Shown here: positions 12,986 to 21,878 of the stretch, piece after piece | How positions within the stretch are numbered: position 1 is the first letter of the stretch | How the letters are laid out: each line of letters opens with the position of its first letter | Assembly: GCA_963760795.1 (NCBI GenBank) | Contig: CAVXEP010000007.1 | Span: 64,001-128,000 of the forward strand | Source: an uncultured delta proteobacterium | GTDB lineage: Bacteria > Desulfobacterota > Binatia > UBA9968 | Direction of reading: 5' to 3' | Length of the DNA stretch: 64,000 bases | Notes under the pieces: model-generated | Seen by the model: only the letters and a program-made list of their open reading frames with translations | What the model was told of the DNA's origin: nothing | The model's database searches: none | Position numbers and translations under genes: made by a program

Positions 12986-14164
12986 TTACACATCGATCAC
13001 AACCAATTTCATATCGCGCTTGCCCAAGCGTCGCGCGCCGTTTTCGGTCACCGTCACGGTATCGCCGACGCTGGCGCGGCCTTTGCCCTGGGTCGGCCGT
13101 ACCTGCGGTTTGAGTATGAAAGTCATGCCGGCTTTTAGCTCAATCTTGGCAAATCGCTCAAGATCCTTGTCACCCATCAGCGCCGGCCCGTCGTCGCCCA
13201 ACCCGCGCGCGTGCATCATCGGATGGTTCCAAGAGTACGGCCCGGCGCCTTCCACCGTGCGCGTGTAGATGTCGAACAACGTGCCGAAAGTCACGCCTGG
13301 TTTCATGGCAGCGAGAATCGCTTCGAAACAGGTGCGCGAGGCTTCGACCATCGCTTGATAAGCCGGATCGGGTTTACCGACCACCGCCGGACTCACCGCT
13401 TGCGCGGCATAGCCGCCATATTTGGCTTCGATCTCACCGACAAGATTGTCGCCGTTCTGAATCACGTAGTCGGTGGGCACAAACGAGCTATTGAACAGAT
13501 TGGGCCCGGCGCTGAGAAAAAACAATGTCGGCAACTCACCGCCGTTGGATAGCATGGCATGCAGCATGGTCGCGTAGACTTCTTTTTCGCTCACGCCCGG
13601 CTTGGCGGTTTGCTTCATCGCGTCAATGGCTTTCTCGATAATCGCCGCGGAGCGCTCTAGAAAAGACACTTCCTCGGAACTCTTGATGGCGCGAATCTCC
13701 TGCATCATCTCGGTGGCGTTGACGATTTTCGCCTGGGGAAACGTCTCTTGAATCGCCTTGACCGAAGAATAGGGAATGATCCCCTCCGGCGCGCGCACCA
13801 GACCGGCGAGCCCCGAAATGCCGATGGTGCCTTTGTCGAGACCCAATTCTTTGATGCGCTCGATGGCGTTCTGACCCCAGCGGTTGCGCCCGTCGCGCAC
13901 GTCCGCCACCCAGTTCTGTGCCTTCTGCCACCAGCCGGCGCGATTGAAAACATAGGACGTGACTTCCCCCTGCGCGGGGAAAACCGTAAACATCTCGGTG
14001 GCGAAACCACCGATGATAGTCAGATAACGCGAGTCACCCTGCAATTGCTCCCAGCGCCCGGTGTTCGCCGGCAGCAGCAACACATCGATGCCGCGCTTGG
14101 CCATCTCCGCGCGCACCAGTTGATAACGCCGGTCTCTTTCTTGAATCGATAACTGTGGAATCAT
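12986..14164 (-). CDS. M24 (Xaa-Pro peptidase/creatinase) family protein
   Basis: Creatinase N-domain LSIQERDRRY; IRAIKSSEEV, AKPGVSEKEV, MMHARGLG, VGDTVTVTENGARRL. Confidence 0.88.
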   Translation of the reverse strand: MIPQLSIQERDRRYQLVRAEMAKRGIDVLLLPANTGRWEQLQGDSRYLTIIGGFATEMFTVFPAQGEVTSYVFNRAGWWQKAQNWVADVRDGRNRWGQNAIERIKELGLDKGTIGISGLAGLVRAPEGIIPYSSVKAIQETFPQAKIVNATEMMQEIRAIKSSEEVSFLERSAAIIEKAIDAMKQTAKPGVSEKEVYATMLHAMLSNGGELPTLFFLSAGPNLFNSSFVPTDYVIQNGDNLVGEIEAKYGGYAAQAVSPAVVGKPDPAYQAMVEASRTCFEAILAAMKPGVTFGTLFDIYTRTVEGAGPYSWNHPMMHARGLGDDGPALMGDKDLERFAKIELKAGMTFILKPQVRPTQGKGRASVGDTVTVTENGARRLGKRDMKLVVIDV

Positions 14165-14186
14165 TCTGTCCTCCCGCTTGGTCGGA

Positions 14187-14263
14187 ATCTCAGATTTCAA
14201 ATTCCAGATTCCAAATTGAGCTCGCACGTTGAATCTGTAATTTTGAATTTGGAATCTGGAATC
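14187..14263. repeat. Inverted repeat of 7-bp units (ATTCCAG / CTGGAAT)
   Basis: AGATTTCAAATTCCAGATTCCAAATT ... AATTTTGAATTTGGAATCTGGAATC; one arm recurs at 25088-25122. Confidence 0.8.
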
Positions 14264-14266
14264 ATC

Positions 14267-15390
14267 TTATTTACCCGACCGTTGCCGCGCCGCGTTGATC
14301 AAATCGCCCACCGGCTTCCACTCCATCCAGTCGTGCGCGGCTGATTTCGATGTAGTCGACATCTTTTCGTCGGCGCGCCGCTTCGGGCACACACTTCAGC
14401 GGCAGATCTTCGCGCATCGACGTCGTCGTTTCGTCTTCAATCGTGTTGTTGGCTTGGCGGAAAGCGATCTGCCCTTCGCGCGATAGATACCAGTTGATGA
14501 AAACCTTTCGCCGCGCTCGGATGCGGCTGCGAGTTCATCAAGCCGATCGCGCCGTTATTCGAGCCGATGCCCGGCGCTTCTTTGAAATGGTACGGGCTGA
14601 TTTCGGCGACTGGCAGCCCTTGTTCCTGCGCGCGCCGGAGCCGGCACAGAAAACATAGCGGATATTTACCCGCGGCAAGCCAATCCGTGCCTTGGCGAAA
14701 GTCGCTGAAGTAAGTGATATCCATCTCGCCGCCGTAAAAGCGTTCGAGAAACTTCGGACCGATTTGCGGGTGGTGATACATGAAGAGCAGCGCCGTGGAA
14801 ACGTAATTGGCGCGCGGCCAGAGGCCGATGATCTTGCCTTTCCACTTGGGATCGAGCAGATCCCACACCGAGCGGATCGAATCCAGGCTAACTAGTTTTG
14901 TATGGTGGTACACCGGCGGTCCATAGAGCGAGCTTTGATAGACAAAGACATACTGCCCTTCCGGATCGACGTAGCGGTGCTTGCCTTTCCACCACTTCGA
15001 CAGATCCGTGACTTCGGGAAGCATCAGCGCCGGCGCAAGCGGATCGAGCGCTTTGCCGCGTTGGAGACTGTTGTAAGTCGCCCCCGGCGCGCCGAGCACC
15101 ACGTCGACGAGAAACTGGCTCGCGCGCCGCTCCGCCATCACTTTGGTGACGATCTCGGCGGTGGTGCTGATACCAACGGAGTTCAGTTTGATCTTAGGAA
15201 ATTTTTTCTTGAAGGCATCCCAAATAACTTGCAAATCACCGACTGAATTCGTCGCGTAGACCGTCACCTCGCCTTCCTTCTCCGCCGCGCGCACGACATC
15301 GTCCCAGCGCGCCTGCGCCGCCACAGCGGCCTGGCCAAACAACAGGCTCATTAGCGCAACTGACAGCAAGCTCCACATCCGAATCTTCAT
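14267..15390 (-). CDS. ABC-type extracellular SBP (AfuA/FbpA-like), frameshifted near the C-terminus
   Basis: Signal peptide, VVRAAEKEGEVTVY, DLLDPKWKGKI, PHPSAAK; C-terminus ...WKPVGDLINAARQRSGK* in another frame. Confidence 0.85.
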
Positions 15391-15414
15391 CTCCTGACTC
15401 CTGACTTCTGACTC
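15391..15414. repeat. 7-bp tandem (AGTCAGG/AGTCAGA) filling the OCD-SBP gap
   Basis: Minus strand reads GAGTCAGAAGTCAGGAGTCAGGAG directly before the ATG at 15390. Confidence 0.7.
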
Positions 15415-15415
15415 G

Positions 15416-16357
15416 CTATTCAGTGCTAATCTCCTGCCCCAAACCGCGCCGCTTCGCCTCTTCGTAAGCATACGCCGCCAAGGTTAAGTCGCCATAACCG
15501 CCCTGGGAGTCACGAAAAATAATCAAGCTGCGCGGCAAATTCGGCACCGCCACTTTACCGGTCACGACATCGCAAAATTCCGCGACGTCGTCCCAGGAAA
15601 GCTTGCCCTGCTGCGACAAGCGAATCAGCGGCTGATCGAGCTTGGTATCGTAATAGTTGAGTTCATGAGTTTTGCTGGGGACACTCACCAAGTTGGCCTT
15701 GAGATAAACCTCGTCGTCGAACTCATTGGGCCGGCCGATGCCGAAAACCGCAAGCCCTGGCCGAAGCCATTGACCGTGCAGCGCTGCCGCCGGCGAGTTG
15801 GTGCTGACCAGCACGAAGTCCGCTCGCTCGATCGCCGCTTGCGGCGAGTCGACAGCTACTACCGAAGTCTTCAAGGCCATCCCGGCTTTTCGGGCAAAGC
15901 TTTCGCGATTCACCGCGCTGCGGCTGTAGACCAACACGCGCTCGATGGAACGCACCGCGCAGGCCGGCTCAAGTATCGGCAACGCTAACCGGCCGCTGCC
16001 GATCATCGCCACGGTTTTGGCTTTGGCGTCAGTGAAGCGCTCGATGGCCAGGCCAACAGTTGCGCTGATGCGCAACTCGCTAAACGGATAGCCCATTAGC
16101 GACAGCAGCTTGCCCGAGCTGATCTCAAACAACAAAGCCAACGCGCCACCACCCGTCACACTGACGCGCAAGCCGTTCTTGTTCTGCGCTTCCAGGCCGC
16201 CCACGACCATGCGCATGCCGCGATTCATAAACCGCAGCGGCGCCACTTGTTTCACCTGACCCGCCGCTTGTTCGCGAAACGTTTGTTCAAGCACCGCCAT
16301 CGCTTGGCGCAGATCCAGCAAACCGGAAACTTCGGATCGTTTTAGGAGCAGCGTCAC
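15416..16357 (-). CDS. Ornithine cyclodeaminase/mu-crystallin family protein
   Basis: LLLKRSEV, LFEISSGKLL, ELRISAT, MIGSGRLA, VSTNS, IFRDSQGGYGD, AKRRGLGQ; start GTG 16357 or up to 16396. Confidence 0.85.
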   Translation of the reverse strand: MTLLLKRSEVSGLLDLRQAMAVLEQTFREQAAGQVKQVAPLRFMNRGMRMVVGGLEAQNKNGLRVSVTGGGALALLFEISSGKLLSLMGYPFSELRISATVGLAIERFTDAKAKTVAMIGSGRLALPILEPACAVRSIERVLVYSRSAVNRESFARKAGMALKTSVVAVDSPQAAIERADFVLVSTNSPAAALHGQWLRPGLAVFGIGRPNEFDDEVYLKANLVSVPSKTHELNYYDTKLDQPLIRLSQQGKLSWDDVAEFCDVVTGKVAVPNLPRSLIIFRDSQGGYGDLTLAAYAYEEAKRRGLGQEISTE

Positions 16358-16420
16358 GATGCGCAACTTATCGCTGTCGAAGCGATCAAACAACACATCG
16401 ACAACCGCCGACCGGCGCGA

Positions 16421-17095
16421 TCAGTGCTGAATCTCATGAACCATACTTTTTCCAGGGCAATACGTGTAGGTGTGATGGTCATAGCGTTTTTTCTCGGACT
16501 TATCGGTCACGCTCCAGTAGAATTCCAGACAATGCCGGTCATTACCCAAGGTGAAGTCGATCTGCTTGATAGTGATCGATTCCACCCTTTCAGAATCTCT
16601 CGATCCCTCATAAATCTTATAGACATGCTTTTTCGTTTCGCCTTCTTTCCACAAGCCAAGGGGAAATTTAAGACCGCCGGAAGATGTCCGAGTGTCTTGA
16701 TTCGGCCGTCCATCGTAAAGCCGGCCGAGACCGGTGCGTTCTTCGTTAATGACAAACAGTTGCCATTTGGCACCGCCCCTTTGAGGATTGATTCGCTCAT
16801 AGACGGCATGGTTCTGGCCGGTCGCTGGGTGTTTCCAGTCGGTAGGCCCTTTGATCGAGTAAGCGGCTTTATTGTGCCGATAGTTGCCATCGACCTTCGT
16901 CATTTTAAGTTCCTGCTTGCCATCCCACTCGGCGCCGGTCCACAGCTCCACCGGAATGAACCGTTCTTTTGTTTCCACATTCGTCGCGTTGTCCCATGGA
17001 TTCGCTGCCGCCGTGAAGGTCACAGTAATCGAAACTAATAGGCCCAGGATCAAACCACCCGAAATAATATCGTGCGTGGTCATCGAGCGTTTCAT
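16421..17095 (-). CDS. Hypothetical exported protein
   Basis: 224-aa ORF with signal-like N-terminus, RFIPVELWTGAEWDG, KFPLGLWKEGE and two late Cys; no family recognised. Confidence 0.7.
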   Translation of the reverse strand: MKRSMTTHDIISGGLILGLLVSITVTFTAAANPWDNATNVETKERFIPVELWTGAEWDGKQELKMTKVDGNYRHNKAAYSIKGPTDWKHPATGQNHAVYERINPQRGGAKWQLFVINEERTGLGRLYDGRPNQDTRTSSGGLKFPLGLWKEGETKKHVYKIYEGSRDSERVESITIKQIDFTLGNDRHCLEFYWSVTDKSEKKRYDHHTYTYCPGKSMVHEIQH

Positions 17096-17146
17096 AGCGC
17101 ACCGCCAATGGTTACGGTGTTGAATTTTAATTTGTCTTCAATATTT

Positions 17147-18175
17147 TCACTGCGCCAATATCTTTTTGATCCGCTCGACCACTTCCGCCGGCTGGTCGAT
17201 GACCTCCTTGGCGATCTTGGTGAGCTGCTCACCGCTAACCGGGGTGATATCGAGTTTCTTTTGCTTCGCCTCTTCGAGCAGCGCCGGATCAGCCATCGCT
17301 TTCATGAAACCGTCGCGCAGCAGCTTGATTCGGTCCGGCGGCGTCGCCGGATGAGTCACCATCGGCCGGCCAAGCTCACCGGAACCGAGCATGACGACGG
17401 CGACACGGCGGCTCAACTCCGGGGTCTTGTATTCGTTCATGAGGTCGCTGAGCAGCGGCGTATCGGGCAACTGCGGGTCTTTCTTCTCGCCGGTTTGCAT
17501 GAGAATCCGCACAAGGTTGGTTTTGCGCCAGGTGTGATAGGGCTCGCGGGAAAAATAAGCCTGGGTGGTAAATGACCGGCAGACCACTTCGTTGCGCTCC
17601 GTGGCGATGTCGATCTCATTACCGCCGGCGTAACCGGTGACGATGGTGAACTTGGTGCCGAGCAGCTCTTCGAGCAGGCGCGGAATATAATGGCCGCTAG
17701 TGCCGGTGCCGGTGGCGCCGCACTTAGGCGGCTCTTTGGCGTTGCGAATATCGCGCATAGTCTTGAACGGCGCATCGCTGCGCATATAAAGCAGATGCTC
17801 CGACTTATCCGGACTGGCGAGCCAGGTGAATTTGGTCCAGTCGAATTGAATCTCTTTGTTGCCCTGGAGCTGATTGAAATAATGCGCCGGATTGATCGAC
17901 GTGACGGTCAATCCGTCAGGCTTGGCGACGGCGTAGGCATGGTTAGCCGCGACGATGCCGCCCGCCGCCGGCATATTCTGCATGACCACGTTGGGATTGC
18001 CGGGAATATGTTTACCGATATGGTTCGCCAACAGGCGGGCGTAAATATCGTAGGCGGTTCCGGCCCCCGAGCCGACAACAAAATTGATAGTCTTCCCCTG
18101 ATAATAGGGTGTTTGCGCGCCCGCCTCCGCGCCCGGAATCAACAGCAATGCAGCCAACAAGAGCAGTCGTTTCAT
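17147..18175 (-). CDS. TctC/Bug family SBP
   Basis: YYQGKTINFVVG, QNMPAAGG, AKPDGLT, TGYAGGNEIDIATERNE. Confidence 0.9.
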   Translation of the reverse strand: MKRLLLLAALLLIPGAEAGAQTPYYQGKTINFVVGSGAGTAYDIYARLLANHIGKHIPGNPNVVMQNMPAAGGIVAANHAYAVAKPDGLTVTSINPAHYFNQLQGNKEIQFDWTKFTWLASPDKSEHLLYMRSDAPFKTMRDIRNAKEPPKCGATGTGTSGHYIPRLLEELLGTKFTIVTGYAGGNEIDIATERNEVVCRSFTTQAYFSREPYHTWRKTNLVRILMQTGEKKDPQLPDTPLLSDLMNEYKTPELSRRVAVVMLGSGELGRPMVTHPATPPDRIKLLRDGFMKAMADPALLEEAKQKKLDITPVSGEQLTKIAKEVIDQPAEVVERIKKILAQ

Positions 18176-18575
18176 ATCGTTTTCCTTTCCATAGTCAGAT
18201 CGCGAGGGGTGCGAATCGAGCCCGCGCCGCTAATCTCGTTACCATCAATTGAGATAAATTGCCAAACCGGCCGCAGCGTAATCGATGTGCCGGAAACAAT
18301 TCTGACAGGCAACACCTAGCGCAAGCTAAAACGATTGTTACTGCGCAACAAATTCGCTCGCAGTGTCAGGACAGCATCGAAAACTGTTCACTACGACCAA
18401 CTGGCGCCCGCTTGGACCGATGGAAACCGCTGGCCATGGGATGACAACCTGGCCACAAACTTGGCCGCAAATAATGTTGTCAAAGGACTAAAGCTTCTCG
18501 CGATAGATCGAACATGCTCTTCTGACTTCATTTGATAAGATTTTCCTCAAATTGGGCAACTTGGCCCGCCATGGC

Positions 18576-18591
18576 GGGTATGCAACTTGCT
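18576..18591 (+). promoter_or_regulatory. Candidate sigma54 (-24/-12) promoter
   Basis: GGGTATGCAACTTGCT fits the GG-N10-GC spacing of TGGCACG-N4-TTGCW, about 40 bp before the 18634 start; overlaps palindrome CCCGCCATGGCGGG. Confidence 0.35.
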
Positions 18592-18633
18592 CCAAAGCTA
18601 GGCAATCTAATCTTTTCAGTGGGGACGTATTGA

Positions 18634-19572
18634 ATGGATCACAGTGGCGGCAAAGCGGGAGGGTTTGGCCTCAAGGGTTTAATCGTGGTGATAGTATGGA
18701 CGATCGGCCTGGGAGTAATGCTCTACCACTCGGGTATCGGCAGGGAATCTGCGAAGAAGCCTGCACCACTGCCTGACAAATTCGCCCAAAAACCCGTCCA
18801 AATCATGAACATGGCCCTCGGCCACATGGTGTTTCTCGCCCGGGACCTCGGTTTCTCCATCAAGACCGCCAAGGGAGAATCGCTTCAAGACACTCGTATC
18901 GCGGCTCGGATCGAGACTCAATTACAAGGGGTGCGGGATCTATTTCGCCAGGAGATCGCGCGCAATGGCAAGCTAGTGGGCAGCTTGATTTTACAATTCA
19001 GCGTCAACCCGGCCGGCGAAGTCAGCCAGGTCAAGGAAGTATCCTCGCGCATCAACGACGCTGAGTTCAAAAAGACCGTGCTTGCGGAAACCGGCAAATG
19101 GACATTTGCCGAGTTGCTCATCGAGACAGTAACCGTTCAATGCCCTCTGCTATTCGTACAGGAGGGCATGGATATCACTACTTTGGTGCGCTGGGAAAGC
19201 TCTCTAAATAGCGCGATTGAAAAAGTGGCGGCTACACCCGCGGCGAAACCGGAAACAGTCCAACAGGCGAAGACAACCGCTGCGGTGGCACAACCGGCAG
19301 CGGTTGCCAAACCCGTCCCGGTGACGGTGAAGCCCGCGCCGGCAGCCCTGGTCAAGGCCGATGGCGAACAAGTCGAGATCAAATACGCGACGCTGTTGCG
19401 CAAGGAACCCAACTTTAATGCGCCCGTGCTCACGACGTTAACCATCGGCACCAAAGTTACGGTGATCATTCGAGGCAGCGAATGGCTCGAAGTCCGGTCC
19501 CATCACAATGGACCAACCGGTTACATCCGTAAAGAATTCGTCATCCCCGTCGACGTCGCGGTCAACCGCTAG
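18634..19572 (+). CDS. Membrane-anchored protein with TonB-C-like (AgmX/PglI C-terminal) domain, Ala/Pro/Lys linker and SH3b domain
   Basis: N-terminal TM helix; GSLILQFSVNPAGEVSQV...WTF; LRKEPNFNAPVLTTL...WLEV...GYI. Confidence 0.7.
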   Translation: MDHSGGKAGGFGLKGLIVVIVWTIGLGVMLYHSGIGRESAKKPAPLPDKFAQKPVQIMNMALGHMVFLARDLGFSIKTAKGESLQDTRIAARIETQLQGVRDLFRQEIARNGKLVGSLILQFSVNPAGEVSQVKEVSSRINDAEFKKTVLAETGKWTFAELLIETVTVQCPLLFVQEGMDITTLVRWESSLNSAIEKVAATPAAKPETVQQAKTTAAVAQPAAVAKPVPVTVKPAPAALVKADGEQVEIKYATLLRKEPNFNAPVLTTLTIGTKVTVIIRGSEWLEVRSHHNGPTGYIRKEFVIPVDVAVNR

Positions 19573-19640
19573 CTCGTCAGTTCTCGAATTTCGTAAAACC
19601 CGCGCTTGCAAACCGGCGGCATCGTCAGCACCATGGCCGC

Positions 19641-20606
19641 ATGGCGGTCCATATTCGAAAACTTTGGCAGCTGTCCGAGCGCGAGCTTACGGCGGAAAAG
19701 TTTTTCCGGCAGCGCCGCCAACTGGTCAAATCGGCCGGCCTCATCGGACTCGGCATAGCCAGCGGCTTAATCTCCGCTTGCGGCCCTGCCGGCGATGCAA
19801 TTCGCCTCGGCGCTCAAGAGCAGCCCGCGGCAGCCGATCTCTATCCCGCCCGCCGCAACCCACAGTTCATCCTCGATCGTCCAGTTACCGACGAAGCCTA
19901 CGCCGCCTCATACAACAATTTCTATGAGTTCAGCGTCTTCAAGAGCCGGGTCTACAAAAACGCCGCGCGCCTGACCACCCATCCATGGCAGGTGGAGATT
20001 GCCGGCTTGGCCGCCAAGCCGCGGCTTTACGACATCGACGAACTGGTTCGCTCCATGGGACTTGAAGAGCGACTCTACCGCTTTCGTTGTGTCGAGGCCT
20101 GGGCCATGGCGGTGCCGTGGTCCGGATTTCCGCTCGCCGCGCTGATCAAAAAAGTTGAACCGCTGTCAGCGGCCAAGTTCATCCGCTTGGTGACGTTTTT
20201 GAAACCCGACCAGGCGACCAATCAAAGCCCATCCTATGGTCCCTGGCCTTACACCGAAGCGTTGACGATGGCGGAGGCAATGAATGAACTCACTCTGATG
20301 GCAACCGGCATCTACGGTCATCCACTACCCAAACAGCATGGCGCGCCGCTGCGCCTGGTCGTGCCATGGAAGTACGGCTTCAAAAGCATCAAGTCGATTG
20401 TCAAAATCGAATTTACCGCCGAACGGCCGGCAACGTTTTGGCAAAGTAACCGGCCCAGCGAATACGATTTCACCAGCAACGTCGACCCAAACACGCCGCA
20501 CCCGCGTTGGTCGCAAGCGACGGAAAAACTCATCGACACCGGCGAACGCCGGCCGACGCTGCCGTACAACGGCTATGGGGAATGGGTGGCGCAGTTGTAT
20601 GGATAG
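19641..20606 (+). CDS. msrP: Protein-methionine-sulfoxide reductase catalytic subunit
   Basis: Tat signal RRQLVK; YNNFYEF, RFRCVEAW (Mo-ligating Cys), GAPLRLVVPWKYGFKSIKSIVKI, HPRWSQATE, YNGYGE. Confidence 0.95.
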   Translation: MAVHIRKLWQLSERELTAEKFFRQRRQLVKSAGLIGLGIASGLISACGPAGDAIRLGAQEQPAAADLYPARRNPQFILDRPVTDEAYAASYNNFYEFSVFKSRVYKNAARLTTHPWQVEIAGLAAKPRLYDIDELVRSMGLEERLYRFRCVEAWAMAVPWSGFPLAALIKKVEPLSAAKFIRLVTFLKPDQATNQSPSYGPWPYTEALTMAEAMNELTLMATGIYGHPLPKQHGAPLRLVVPWKYGFKSIKSIVKIEFTAERPATFWQSNRPSEYDFTSNVDPNTPHPRWSQATEKLIDTGERRPTLPYNGYGEWVAQLYG

Positions 20607-20614
20607 AAGAAATT

Positions 20615-20680
20615 GGTCGAGGATCGAAGATAGACGATCGAAGATGGCCATCCTCGATCGTCCATCCTCTACCCTCGACC
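20615..20680. repeat. Inverted repeat of 7-bp units (GATCGAA / TCCTCGA) between convergent genes
   Basis: GTCGAGGATCGAAGATAGACGATCGAAGATGG|CCATCCTCGATCGTCCATCCTCTACCCTCGAC; one arm recurs at 43573-43606. Confidence 0.85.
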
Positions 20681-20704
20681 CTTCTGCAGTTTTATCGAAG
20701 TGAA

Positions 20705-21814
20705 CTAAATCAGCTTCTTCAGCGCCCCGGCGAGAATCTCTACATTCTCCACCCGCGAGCCATGGCCCATCAAACCGACGCGCCAGATTTTCCCTTTGAG
20801 CGGCCCCAAGCCGGCGCCGATTTCGATGTTGAATTCGTCGTATAAGCGCGCGCGCACCTTGGCGTCATCGGCGCCTTCGGGGATCTTGATGGCGTTAATC
20901 ATCGGCGCGCGGATCGATTCGGCCACCGCCGGTTCGATTTCCAGCTTGCGCATCTCACGGATAAACACATCGTGAGTCTGCTTGTGGCGCTGCCAGGATG
21001 CTTGCAGTCCTTCTTCGAGGACGACGCGCAGCGCTTCGTGCAGCGCATAGTTCATCGAGATCGGCGCAGTGTGATGATAGACGCGCTCGCTGCCCCAGTA
21101 TTTTTCGATCATCGACAGATCGAGATACCAGCTCTGCACCTTGGTTTTGCGCTGGCGGATCACTTCGACGGCACGATCGTTGAAGGTCACCGGCGACAGC
21201 CCTGGCGGGCAGCCCAAGCATTTTTGCGTGCCGCTGTAGCAGGCGTCGATGCCGAGCTCGTCGACCCGCACCGGCGCGCCGCCTAACGAAGTCACGGCAT
21301 CGACCACCAACAGCGCGCCGCTGTCGCGCACCAGCTTGGCGATATCGTCCATCGGCTGGAGCACGCCGGTAGAAGTCTCGGCATGCACCACGGCGACCAG
21401 TTTGTATTTGTTTTTCGCCAAAGCTTCTTTGATTTTCTGGGCGTCGAGCGCGCTGCCCCACTCGGCATCCACCGTGTCGACATGCGCGCCGCAGCGCTGC
21501 GCGACATCGATCATGCGCGTGCCGAACACACCATTGACGCCGATCAACACGCGGTCGTCCGGTTCGATCAAATTGACAAAACAAGTCTCCATACCGGCGC
21601 TGCCCGTGCCCGACATCGGCAGGGCCAAACGGTTCTTGGTCTGAAACAGCTCGCGCAGCATCGCCATGCTCTGATCCATGATTTCCAGAAACTTCGGATC
21701 GAGATGGCCGACCACCGGCAACGCCAGCGCCGCGAGCACCCGCGGGCTCACCGGACTTGGACCCGGGCCGAGTAACGTACGAATCGGTGGATTGGCTTTA
21801 GGCGCCGCTGGCAT
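20705..21814 (-). CDS. Alanine-glyoxylate / serine-pyruvate aminotransferase (class V, PLP)
   Basis: LLGPGPS, SGTGSAGME, VHAETSTG, VDAVTSLGG, YSGTQKCLGCPPG, YHHTAP. Confidence 0.92.
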   Translation of the reverse strand: MPAAPKANPPIRTLLGPGPSPVSPRVLAALALPVVGHLDPKFLEIMDQSMAMLRELFQTKNRLALPMSGTGSAGMETCFVNLIEPDDRVLIGVNGVFGTRMIDVAQRCGAHVDTVDAEWGSALDAQKIKEALAKNKYKLVAVVHAETSTGVLQPMDDIAKLVRDSGALLVVDAVTSLGGAPVRVDELGIDACYSGTQKCLGCPPGLSPVTFNDRAVEVIRQRKTKVQSWYLDLSMIEKYWGSERVYHHTAPISMNYALHEALRVVLEEGLQASWQRHKQTHDVFIREMRKLEIEPAVAESIRAPMINAIKIPEGADDAKVRARLYDEFNIEIGAGLGPLKGKIWRVGLMGHGSRVENVEILAGALKKLI

Positions 21815-21878
21815 AATAACTCTCGTGATCTTCCGACCGCCGACTTCCGCTCGCGCGCAAGAGGCGGGGCCTAACAAA

